From contig CAZMSJ010000001.1 in the NCBI GenBank assembly GCA_964568925.1, forward strand, positions 1,115 through 65,114: DNA of 64,000 nt. The letters are read 5' to 3'. The first letter of the stretch is position 1, and every line of letters starts with the position of its first letter. The position numbers and the translations under genes were made by a program. Below are positions 38,021 through 46,148 of the stretch, one piece after another. Source of the stretch: an uncultured Gammaproteobacteria bacterium. Its GTDB lineage: Bacteria > Patescibacteriota > Microgenomatia > UBA8517. The notes under the pieces were generated by a model, which was given only the letters and a program-made list of their open reading frames with translations, was not told where the DNA came from and ran no database searches.

Positions 38021-39649
38021 TTAGTAGTCCATTCCACCCATATTTGGGTTTGCGGCTTGTGCCTTTTCAGGCTGAGGGATTTCAGCGACAAGAGCTTCTG
38101 TTGTTAAGACCATCATGGCAACTGATGCAGCATTTTGAAGTGCTGAACGAGTTACCTTCAATGGATCAAGAAGACCAAAGGCAAGCATTGAGCCAAATTC
38201 ATTGGTCAGTACGTTATAACCGAAATCCGTCTCTTTTGATTCCTCAACTTTTCGCAAAATGTATCCGTCATCTTCTCCTGCATTTTTAACAAGCATTCGA
38301 ACAGGATTTTCGAGAGCTTCGTAAACGATATCGATACCAACTTGTTCATCACGAACTTTACTGGTTACCTTGTGTAATACTTTTCGTGCCTTGAGAAGTG
38401 CTACTCCACCACCAGGCAAGACACCTTCTTCAATTGCAGCTTTAGTTGCACCAACGGCATCCTTTACTCGTTCTTTCTTATCATTTAATTCAACTTCAGT
38501 TGCAGCACCAACACTGATGACTGCTACCCCACCAGAGAGCTTTGCAAGTCTTTCTTCTAATTTTTCTCGATCAAAATCACTGGTTGTGTCTTCGATTTGT
38601 CGCTTAATCAATTTAATTTTAGAACTAATGGTGTTTTTGTCTCCCTTTCCACCAATAATTCTTGCAGAATCTTTCCCTGCCCACACCTTGTCAGCACGTC
38701 CAAGATCTTCAATTTCAACTGACTCAAAAGTGCGTCCTGTGTCATCAGAAATAACAGTTCCGCCCGTCAAATCGGCAATATCAGACAAGAGGTCTTTTCG
38801 TCTGTCACCAAAGCCTGGGGCCTTAATAGCCAATACATTAAACGCACCACGAAGTTTGTTTAAGACAAGAGTGGTGAGTGCTTCACCTTCGATGTCATCA
38901 GCGATGATAACGAGGGTTTTACTTACCTTCACAAATTTCTCAAGGAATGGAAGAAGATCTTGTACTGAAGCAATCTTTTTATCAGTCAAGAGAATGTATG
39001 CATTTTCAATTTCTGCTTCCATTCTTTCAGGATTTGTTACAAAGTAAGAAGACATATATCCTCGATCAAATTCCATACCTTCTTTATATTCAATTTCAAT
39101 TTCAAGTCCTTTACCTTCTTCAACGGTTACCACTCCATCACGACCAACTTGCTTTAAGGCTTCTGCAATTTTCTTTCCAATTGCTTCGTCACCAGCTGAG
39201 ACCATAGCTACCTGCTCGATTTCTGCTTCAGACTTAATTGGCTTTGCCATCGTCTTAAGTTCTGCAACAACTGCAGCAACAGCTTTTTCCATTCCTTTTT
39301 TAATAATCATTGGGTTAGCACCAGCTGTTACGTTTCTCATACCAGCGACACTCATGGTTGAAGCGAGGAGCGTTGATGTCGTTGTTCCGTCACCGGCTGC
39401 ATCGTTTGTTTTTGAAGAAGCTTCTTTTACAATTTGGGCACCCATGTTTTCAAATGGATCAGCAAGTTCAATTTCTTTTGCAACAGAAACACCATCATGA
39501 ATAACTGCTGGTGCTCCCCACTTTTTCTCAATAGCAACGTTACGTCCTTTTGGTCCAAGGGTTGTAACAACTGCCTTACTTACTGCTGCTATTCCATTCA
39601 AGAGTGCCTTTCGTGCGTCATCTCCGTATTTAATTTGTTTTGCTGCCAT
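38021..39649 (-). CDS. groL: Chaperonin GroEL
   Basis: TLGPKGRNV, AGDGTTT, GMEFDRGY, KAPGFGDRR. Confidence 0.98.
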   Translation of the reverse strand: MAAKQIKYGDDARKALLNGIAAVSKAVVTTLGPKGRNVAIEKKWGAPAVIHDGVSVAKEIELADPFENMGAQIVKEASSKTNDAAGDGTTTSTLLASTMSVAGMRNVTAGANPMIIKKGMEKAVAAVVAELKTMAKPIKSEAEIEQVAMVSAGDEAIGKKIAEALKQVGRDGVVTVEEGKGLEIEIEYKEGMEFDRGYMSSYFVTNPERMEAEIENAYILLTDKKIASVQDLLPFLEKFVKVSKTLVIIADDIEGEALTTLVLNKLRGAFNVLAIKAPGFGDRRKDLLSDIADLTGGTVISDDTGRTFESVEIEDLGRADKVWAGKDSARIIGGKGDKNTISSKIKLIKRQIEDTTSDFDREKLEERLAKLSGGVAVISVGAATEVELNDKKERVKDAVGATKAAIEEGVLPGGGVALLKARKVLHKVTSKVRDEQVGIDIVYEALENPVRMLVKNAGEDDGYILRKVEESKETDFGYNVLTNEFGSMLAFGLLDPLKVTRSALQNAASVAMMVLTTEALVAEIPQPEKAQAANPNMGGMDY

Positions 39650-39660
39650 AGGTATAAAAA

Positions 39661-39960
39661 TTATTTAACAATTGCCAATATATCATCAAACTTTACAAAC
39701 AAATAGTCATGTCCATCGATTTTAACTTCGTTTCCACCCCATTTTTTATAAATTACAACATCATCTACTTTCACAGGAGACTTTTTAACGGTACTGTTAT
39801 CAGTTGTTTCATCTGCACCAACAGCGAGTACTGTTCCTTTTTGTGGTTTGTCTGCTGACTTCTCTGGAAGATATATTCCTGAAGCTGTTTTTGTTTCAGA
39901 TTCTACTTGCTCAATAATCAAGTGACCTGGTGTTGGAGTTAGGTTTAATTTCTTTGCCAT
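39661..39960 (-). CDS. groS: Co-chaperonin GroES
   Basis: KTASGIYLP...KPQKGTVLAVG...DILA. Confidence 0.97.
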   Translation of the reverse strand: MAKKLNLTPTPGHLIIEQVESETKTASGIYLPEKSADKPQKGTVLAVGADETTDNSTVKKSPVKVDDVVIYKKWGGNEVKIDGHDYLFVKFDDILAIVK

Positions 39961-39989
39961 AGCCTTGTGTTGGTATTATTACTACTTTG

Positions 39990-40016
39990 TTAGCATTCGT
40001 CAATCCCCATTGCTAA
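39990..40016. promoter_or_regulatory. CIRCE operator upstream of groES
   Basis: TTAGCATTC-N9-CATTGCTAA, with a minus-strand TTGACG inside. Confidence 0.85.
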
Positions 40017-40110
40017 TTTCTTTCGAAAACTATTCTAAGACATAAGAAATTATTATGTCAATATGTTTTTTAGGCACAAAAAAAGGAGAGGTGTTACCCT
40101 CTCCACAACA

Positions 40111-40485
40111 CTAGCCACCCCAACTAAGAAACAAGAATATTAAACCTGAGATTCCGAATTTAACCGGATCAACAATCCCAAGTGTTGGGCTAAATGCCCC
40201 AATCATGATGTGAATCAACGCACCATGAATAATGATTCCCAAACCAACAGCCAAGGTGACAAATACAACAATGCATCCACAGCCGAGGCCCGCTTCTGTG
40301 CGTGCAATAACGGCAACAATGAGCAAAACTACGCCAACGATGAAGATGATCACACCAACGGTGGATAATCCATCATAAATGCTGGCAACTTTATTCAGAA
40401 AGTCATACACGCCAGCGGCACTGCTCATGTTTGTGCCAGTACCAGCAACTGATATAAACGCAACAATCAGGATTATCAGAGCCAT
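40111..40485 (-). CDS. Small membrane protein (orphan cassette)
   Basis: Hydrophobic 124 aa; TTGACC-17-TATTAT (40551-40523); terminator at 40078-40104. Confidence 0.7.
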   Translation of the reverse strand: MALIILIVAFISVAGTGTNMSSAAGVYDFLNKVASIYDGLSTVGVIIFIVGVVLLIVAVIARTEAGLGCGCIVVFVTLAVGLGIIIHGALIHIMIGAFSPTLGIVDPVKFGISGLIFLFLSWGG

Positions 40486-40675
40486 TTTTACCCTCTTCCT
40501 TAGGAAAAATTTGCTGCAGAGTATAATAACACATTATTGTTATGGGGTCAAATAAGATGAAGTAATATCAAGGACATAGAACTCACCATTGTGGTAAGCG
40601 CGACTGCTCTTCACGCCCACCACAATAGTGAGAAAAATAGAAAGAGGCGGATGTTTAGTCCGCCTCTACGTTAGT

Positions 40676-41251
40676 CTAGAGCGTTGCCTGTAGCACACCC
40701 ATAAACTTTTCAATCAATACCTTTGCCTCCGACGCAAACATCATCGTTGTGTTTGCATCACAGACAAACCCGTTTCCGTCACTGTCATAAGACCATGCCC
40801 ATTCAGGCACAGGCATATTGACAATCCGTTCCGGCAATTCTACTTCGATATTGTTACTGCCCAGTCCTTTAAAAAACCGGGGTTCAATTCTTCCTGATGA
40901 AGAAACAGCTCCTGAAAGGGACGGCTGGTAGACTAGCTTACCGTCTACAATTTTCTCGTACCAAATGACCTTGGCGGGTTTGTCAAAAATCTGACCTGCG
41001 TAGCGAGGAAAAGGTTTGCGCTCTTCCATAAACAGGCCGCGAGAAACGACTATTTCTTCAGTCTCTGGCCCCCATTTGGATAAAACCGCATATAATAGTC
41101 CACTTCGCATCTGGAAATGCGGGTGTTTACCAACATCTGTAATGAAGACCAAATCGGCGGCTTTCGCAGCACGCTGAACCTCTTCATATGTCAACAACTG
41201 TTCTGCAGGACGGTTCTCTTTTATGAAATCATTCAATTGTTTGCTGTACAT
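40676..41251 (-). CDS. Hypothetical protein (array gene 7)
   Basis: 191 aa, SD AGGAG. Confidence 0.7.
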   Translation of the reverse strand: MYSKQLNDFIKENRPAEQLLTYEEVQRAAKAADLVFITDVGKHPHFQMRSGLLYAVLSKWGPETEEIVVSRGLFMEERKPFPRYAGQIFDKPAKVIWYEKIVDGKLVYQPSLSGAVSSSGRIEPRFFKGLGSNNIEVELPERIVNMPVPEWAWSYDSDGNGFVCDANTTMMFASEAKVLIEKFMGVLQATL

Positions 41252-41382
41252 CTTGCTCTCCTGTTAGTTGGGTTAACTATTAATAAAATATAGATTACTT
41301 TTGATACTTAAAATATTTTTTTTAAATACGAACGGAAAATAAATATATGGTGACGGAAGTAGTTCCGCCACCATTTTTTTGA

Positions 41383-41874
41383 TTAGCTCGGAAGCCAAAA
41401 ACCTTCGCGACGAGCTTTCCGAACAAACGAAATAGCTAAGAACACATCGAGTGAGCGGCTGCTATCCACCCACTCACCTTTAAAGAGGTTCTCTAGTTTG
41501 AGGGTGAAATCGTCTCCCCCCTTATCAGATAGCGTCAACCGATATTCGGTCACGCCAATTGATTGGGGGAAACCCGCAACTTTGAAACTTACAGACTCAC
41601 CGGCCTGCAGTTTCATCGCAGGAATTACGGTGACAAGTGCTTCATCAAACGAAGCAAAGGCTTCAACTTTCCACCAATTGGTACTAATGGCTAGAAGATT
41701 CCCTTCCTCGTCCTCCAAGGCACGATACACGATAAAGTCAGGTGACGGACAGACGTTAAGTTCTTTTGCCTCCTCCAAAGCATCATTTAGCGAATTTGCT
41801 TTCAAATTCACTCGAACCTCATTGTCACCTAGTTCGATCCAGTTCCCAAAGATAACTCCAACATAGGACGGCAT
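41383..41874 (-). CDS. Hypothetical protein (array gene 6)
   Basis: 163 aa, AAGGAGAAGAATC-ATG. Confidence 0.7.
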   Translation of the reverse strand: MPSYVGVIFGNWIELGDNEVRVNLKANSLNDALEEAKELNVCPSPDFIVYRALEDEEGNLLAISTNWWKVEAFASFDEALVTVIPAMKLQAGESVSFKVAGFPQSIGVTEYRLTLSDKGGDDFTLKLENLFKGEWVDSSRSLDVFLAISFVRKARREGFWLPS

Positions 41875-41969
41875 GATTCTTCTCCTTATTAATCAAAGCT
41901 CATGTAGCTTATAAATTGAAATGCCTCACACAAAAGATATGTTTATATCTTCTGGGTGAGGCACTTTTA

Positions 41970-42041
41970 CTCTCACAACATTCAAACAAGATTTAAATGC
42001 TGAATTGAGTCCCCCACATGAAGTGGGGGCTATTTTAGACG
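41970..42041 (-). repeat. Structured intergenic module A, copy 1
   Basis: CGTCTA...CCCCCAC-N5-GTGGGGG-ACTCAATT-[12-bp stem]-TGAGAG; second copy at 44424-44497. Confidence 0.85.
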
Positions 42042-42052
42042 AAGAGATCAGT

Positions 42053-42352
42053 CTACTTCCAACCTAAATCCCAGCCATACCCATTTGCTGAGTATCTAGG
42101 TTTGCGGACTGTGCCGTCCGAAAGGACAAAAATCGGAGCGTTTAAAGTAGAGTCCCACTCTACTTTCATTACTTCAAGCTCCGCAGGCTTCGTTTGCGCA
42201 CAAACCACCATTTGAACAGACTTGATTGCGGCCCAATCCTCCGCAGTTGGACCTGCGGTCGGATGCTGGTCAGCCGAAAGTGTTTCGGCAGCTTTAAAGG
42301 CAAATTCCAAAACCTTTAAAAGCGCATTATTATCAACAGTTATCTGGCCCAT
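42053..42352 (-). CDS. Hypothetical protein (array gene 5)
   Basis: 99 aa, TAAGGAG SD. Confidence 0.7.
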   Translation of the reverse strand: MGQITVDNNALLKVLEFAFKAAETLSADQHPTAGPTAEDWAAIKSVQMVVCAQTKPAELEVMKVEWDSTLNAPIFVLSDGTVRKPRYSANGYGWDLGWK

Positions 42353-42383
42353 GATATCTCCTTATCCTATATGTAAAATTAAA

Positions 42384-42623
42384 CTAATTATCCAGCCATT
42401 CAAAAAATCTCATAGCGGGGTAAATGGCAAGAATCCCCCCAAAAAGTCCGATAAAATTGAGATTCATCGGTAAAAACATTACCGCAAATCCAATACCCAA
42501 CAAAATTGGGGATCCGATCGCGATAATGGAAATAAGAAATGCACGGGCAATCTCCCCTTCAGGGTGCCCAGTAGGTACAACTGGGAAAAACTTTTTCCAA
42601 ATTTGGCGAATTTTAATACTCAT
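42384..42623 (-). CDS. Small two-TM protein (array gene 4)
   Basis: 79 aa, AAGGAGAAGAATC-ATG. Confidence 0.7.
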   Translation of the reverse strand: MSIKIRQIWKKFFPVVPTGHPEGEIARAFLISIIAIGSPILLGIGFAVMFLPMNLNFIGLFGGILAIYPAMRFFEWLDN

Positions 42624-42758
42624 GATTCTTCTCCTTGTGAGTTGGGCTCATGTGCCCATATGGATTTAGATTTCTTTTGATATTTAAAAGATTTTTAAAT
42701 ATGAAAGAAAAGTAAAAATTGTAGGGGAAGGTTGGCTCCTTCCCCCAAAAACAATGAA

Positions 42759-43676
42759 CTACTTAATCAGGTGTTTCGAAACAATCTCGACAACCTGCTC
42801 GATTTTCAGGGTGCTATTTATACCCTGAGGGCTGCCACCAATCGTCGGCGAACCACCCCAACCGGCTTCCAATGCCGAAAGCTCAGTAAAAGCTGCCTTT
42901 AGGTCCAGGTACCCAGCTTCATACTGGCTTACCGTGAACTTTGAGTGCTTAGGCCCACCTTGGAATGAAAACTCACGATTCAAGGCAACGACGACCGGCG
43001 CTAACGAATATCCCACCATCGTCGCTGCGCGGTGAGTCGAAACGACTACCGCAATCTTTCCTTCAGTGCGATGAGTGATCGCACCACTTTCAAGAGCGGC
43101 GATCATGTCGCTGCGCTCTTTATCAACCTGTGCGCGGTATGCGCAAGGTTCCTCGCCAGTCAAGAGCCATTTTTCCATCCAGGCGACACGATCTGCAATT
43201 GCGACTTTGAAGTCTGCAACCGCTGCGGCAATCGCCGCCAGTTCGCGTGTATCTGACGCGCTGGCGTTCTTCTCAGGCCACGGGTTTTCCGTAGTAGGCA
43301 GTGGCTTCACGCCTGCCCAATGGCCACGAGCAAACTTATCGGCAGCTGCTACTCGGAGAATCCGAGCGACGGCTGCGGCAGAAAACTGCCCATTGCGGGA
43401 ACGAATTTCCAGAAGGGCCATTGCTCCAATAGAATCCAGGTCGGCACGAACTGTGACCAGGGTCGATCCCTCAACCGGCAACTCTACTGTCAGGGCTGCT
43501 TCAATTGCAGCCTGATCTGCGTTTTGTCCGCTGTGCTGGGGGTCAAGGTTCCCCAAACAGCACTGCGCAGCCAAGGCAGGAATCGTTACCTCAACACCAA
43601 AGGTGTTGGGACCAACTAGCAAGGCATTTGCCTCAGTACCAACAGGACGGGGGTCAAGGATTCCAAATTTAAACAT
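42759..43676 (-). CDS. Possible DHH-like phosphoesterase (array gene 3)
   Basis: NLDPQH, VRADLDS, later D, and C-terminal GWGGSPTIGGSP; family assignment tentative. Confidence 0.5.
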   Translation of the reverse strand: MFKFGILDPRPVGTEANALLVGPNTFGVEVTIPALAAQCCLGNLDPQHSGQNADQAAIEAALTVELPVEGSTLVTVRADLDSIGAMALLEIRSRNGQFSAAAVARILRVAAADKFARGHWAGVKPLPTTENPWPEKNASASDTRELAAIAAAVADFKVAIADRVAWMEKWLLTGEEPCAYRAQVDKERSDMIAALESGAITHRTEGKIAVVVSTHRAATMVGYSLAPVVVALNREFSFQGGPKHSKFTVSQYEAGYLDLKAAFTELSALEAGWGGSPTIGGSPQGINSTLKIEQVVEIVSKHLIK

Positions 43677-43877
43677 GATTTCTCCACTGCTCTTGGGGTT
43701 GAACTTTTGTCAACACATCCTTTTGGCAGCGCGGATAGGCGCCATCGATTGCGCCCTCCAAGCTGCCATCAACAGAGAAAGAACGGTTTGGAGAGAAAAA
43801 TGTTTCTATCAATCTTGAATTTCTTCAAAACTGATTTGAAACAGGGGAAGATAATGAACCTTCCCCTAATTTGTCTA

Positions 43878-44351
43878 CTAAATGAGTTTTTTAAGCTCAT
43901 TCGTGAACTCAGTTGCGAGACGCTCGGCCTCTGACTTAAACATTTGGATAGATTCGGCACCTGCATCGCAGGCACCGTAATCCCCGTGTACCCAAACTTT
44001 CACCCAACGAGGTATCGGTAGGGTTACGACAGGTTCTGGGAATGAAACTTCCACCGCAGGGTACCCTGCCGCTTCCAAGACTCCAGGGATAATGCCTGGG
44101 GCGTTATGGTAAAACCCCAATGTAGGGGTATAACGAACGACGCCCAACTGAGCATCGATTTCTGCATTCCACGAAAAAGTAATACCCGAGTCAACCTGCC
44201 AAGTCTCACCCCAAGTGGCGGTGATAGACAACCCTCCTTTATTTTCTTTAACCTGGAACCCCGCCACTACAGCAGCAATTTTCAAATTACCAAGAGAGAC
44301 AAATGCAGGCTTCGGCATGTTGTTCGAGACGAAAGATGATAGTGTAGACAT
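43878..44351 (-). CDS. Hypothetical protein (array gene 2)
   Basis: 157 aa, TAAGGGG SD. Confidence 0.7.
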   Translation of the reverse strand: MSTLSSFVSNNMPKPAFVSLGNLKIAAVVAGFQVKENKGGLSITATWGETWQVDSGITFSWNAEIDAQLGVVRYTPTLGFYHNAPGIIPGVLEAAGYPAVEVSFPEPVVTLPIPRWVKVWVHGDYGACDAGAESIQMFKSEAERLATEFTNELKKLI

Positions 44352-44423
44352 TTAAGACCCCTTATTACTTGATTAAATACAAAATTTCAAAACAGATTGT
44401 GTTTACAATATTTATATTTAATG

Positions 44424-44497
44424 CTCTCACAAACTTGAAACTCGCATTTCAAATTTGAATTGAGTCCCCCACACAAGGTGGGGGATTTTTCTAGACG
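44424..44497 (-). repeat. Structured intergenic module A, copy 2
   Basis: Same layout as 41970-42041, with compensatory changes and a GCGA tetraloop. Confidence 0.85.
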
Positions 44498-44518
44498 GAG
44501 CCTCAGATATAAGCCCTT

Positions 44519-44887
44519 TTATTGAGAAATATCAGGAGGAAGTGGATATCCTCCGTGCTCCTCCATTTTGCTATCAGGAGACGCCGCAATAGCAGCGTCA
44601 ATTCGTTCACGCGCATTTAAGCTGAGGGAGAGCTCACGCAGGTTCATCTTCTTGATGTATCTGCGGTCAACGAGAATATCATTGCGAAGAGCATCATCTG
44701 CCCAAACAATGATACCCGGCTCATCACTTGGCGTGCTTCCTTCAAGCATTGCATACACCAAAATTAACGCTGGCCGGCGCCCACCGACGCACTTTTTCTC
44801 AAGATCAAAAACTCGAACACCGCTTTCAGAGATCTGAACCTTGTAACGGCCAACCACAACTACCTGCTCGTTTGAATTCTGTGCCAT
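44519..44887 (-). CDS. Hypothetical protein (array gene 1)
   Basis: 122 aa, AAGGAGAAAAATC-ATG. Confidence 0.7.
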   Translation of the reverse strand: MAQNSNEQVVVVGRYKVQISESGVRVFDLEKKCVGGRRPALILVYAMLEGSTPSDEPGIIVWADDALRNDILVDRRYIKKMNLRELSLSLNARERIDAAIAASPDSKMEEHGGYPLPPDISQ

Positions 44888-45191
44888 GATTTTTCTCCTT
44901 AATGAGTGGGCTCATGTGCCCTAAATTTAGTATATCTACCTAATAAACCACTAACATGGGCTAGTAGGTAGATACACTGGACCACATAACTGAGCTTGAA
45001 ATAGGTATTTTGAGGCTAATAATGAAGTGAAACACACATATTGTGCTTAAAAACGAGCTTAGTTAGCCTCATTTTTGAGTTCAAGAGCAGTTATGTGGCT
45101 CAAAACCTCGCTTGTAGGCGGGTTTTTTATAATGAGCTTTTTATGTGAATGAGCAGAATCCACTTACCTCTTCTCTGACTTTCGATAACTT

Positions 45192-45353
45192 ATAATACAC
45201 CCCAAACCTATATTTGTCAAGTGGCAATGACAAATAATACTAAACCCTATCTCACAAACTACCCATTATTTGTACTCAAAAACAGGGGTGGATATCTACA
45301 TTCTTTCGCGTATGTCAAAACGTGTTGACAATTATTTTTAAACAGACTATTCT
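45192..45353. promoter_or_regulatory. Divergent promoters with two TGTCA-N8-TGACA palindromes
   Basis: Minus TTGACA (45220-45215)-17-TATTAT; plus TTGACA (45325-45330)-17-TATTCT; palindromes at 45215-45232 and 45313-45330. Confidence 0.8.
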
Positions 45354-45359
45354 ATATAA

Positions 45360-46148
45360 ATGATTGATGAAACGCTCAAAAAGATTGGATTATCAAACGA
45401 AGAAACTGAAGTGTATCTCTCTCTTCTAAACTCCGGGACCGCCAATGCCTCACAAATTGCTAAGCAGACGTCTGTAAAAAGAACAAATGTCTACAATATT
45501 TGCGATAGTCTTATTACGAAAGGACTTGTAACAAAGAAGGCTCTTGCTCGAGGCATGGCATTTACTCCACTATCTCCAGATCACCTTTCGCCACTAGCAA
45601 TTCAACTTGAACAACGAATACAAAATGCAATGACAAGCTTGGAAAATATTCTACCTTCACTTAAAGAGCAATATAAATTAATTGATGAAAGACCAATCAT
45701 TACTGTCTATGAAGGAATTGAAGGTTTAAAGAAAATTTACAAAAACATATTGGAGGAAAAAGATGATATTCTTCTTCTCCGCTCATACTATGATGATAAA
45801 AGAATAGATCTTGATGCAATTGTAATGGCGCAAATTAAAAATCAAGTGAAAAGCGGTATACACGTTCGAACAATAACTCCATTGGAGAATGCAACAAAGG
45901 AAGTTTTTTTTAAGCACGATACCCCTAATTTAGTAAAACGACATATCATTCATTCAACACAATTTGAACTTCCCTCACAAATTATTGTCTATAAAAATAA
46001 AGTAGCAATGATTTCACTGAAAAAAGATATTGTAGCTACTCTCATTGATAACAAAGACATTAGTGACACATTTCGAATGCTCTTTGATTTTATGTGGGAG
46101 AAAACAGAGAAAGAACATGAAGAGATTGTGGCTGAATGGAAAGATTAA
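45360..46148 (+). CDS. TrmB-family transcriptional regulator
   Basis: L.KIGLS.EE..VY.SLL..G...AS.IA......RT.VY.....L..KGLV wHTH; YEG.EG; IIVY.NKVA.IS effector-like domain. Confidence 0.88.
   Translation: MIDETLKKIGLSNEETEVYLSLLNSGTANASQIAKQTSVKRTNVYNICDSLITKGLVTKKALARGMAFTPLSPDHLSPLAIQLEQRIQNAMTSLENILPSLKEQYKLIDERPIITVYEGIEGLKKIYKNILEEKDDILLLRSYYDDKRIDLDAIVMAQIKNQVKSGIHVRTITPLENATKEVFFKHDTPNLVKRHIIHSTQFELPSQIIVYKNKVAMISLKKDIVATLIDNKDISDTFRMLFDFMWEKTEKEHEEIVAEWKD

Noticed and set aside
38370-39047. 225-aa ORF opposite groEL, and similar long antisense ORFs (51087-51695, 43075-43515)
   Set aside because: Antisense shadows of well-supported genes with no independent signals.
41970-44497. CRISPR array or hammerhead ribozyme
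   Set aside because: Repeats occur only two or three times, are separated by whole genes, and have no cas genes nearby. The CUGANGA/GAAA core is absent.
40100-45200. Integron cassette array
   Set aside because: Spacers lack consistent RYYYAAC/GTTRRRY attC ends, pairing with G.U favours RNA, and there is no integrase in the window.
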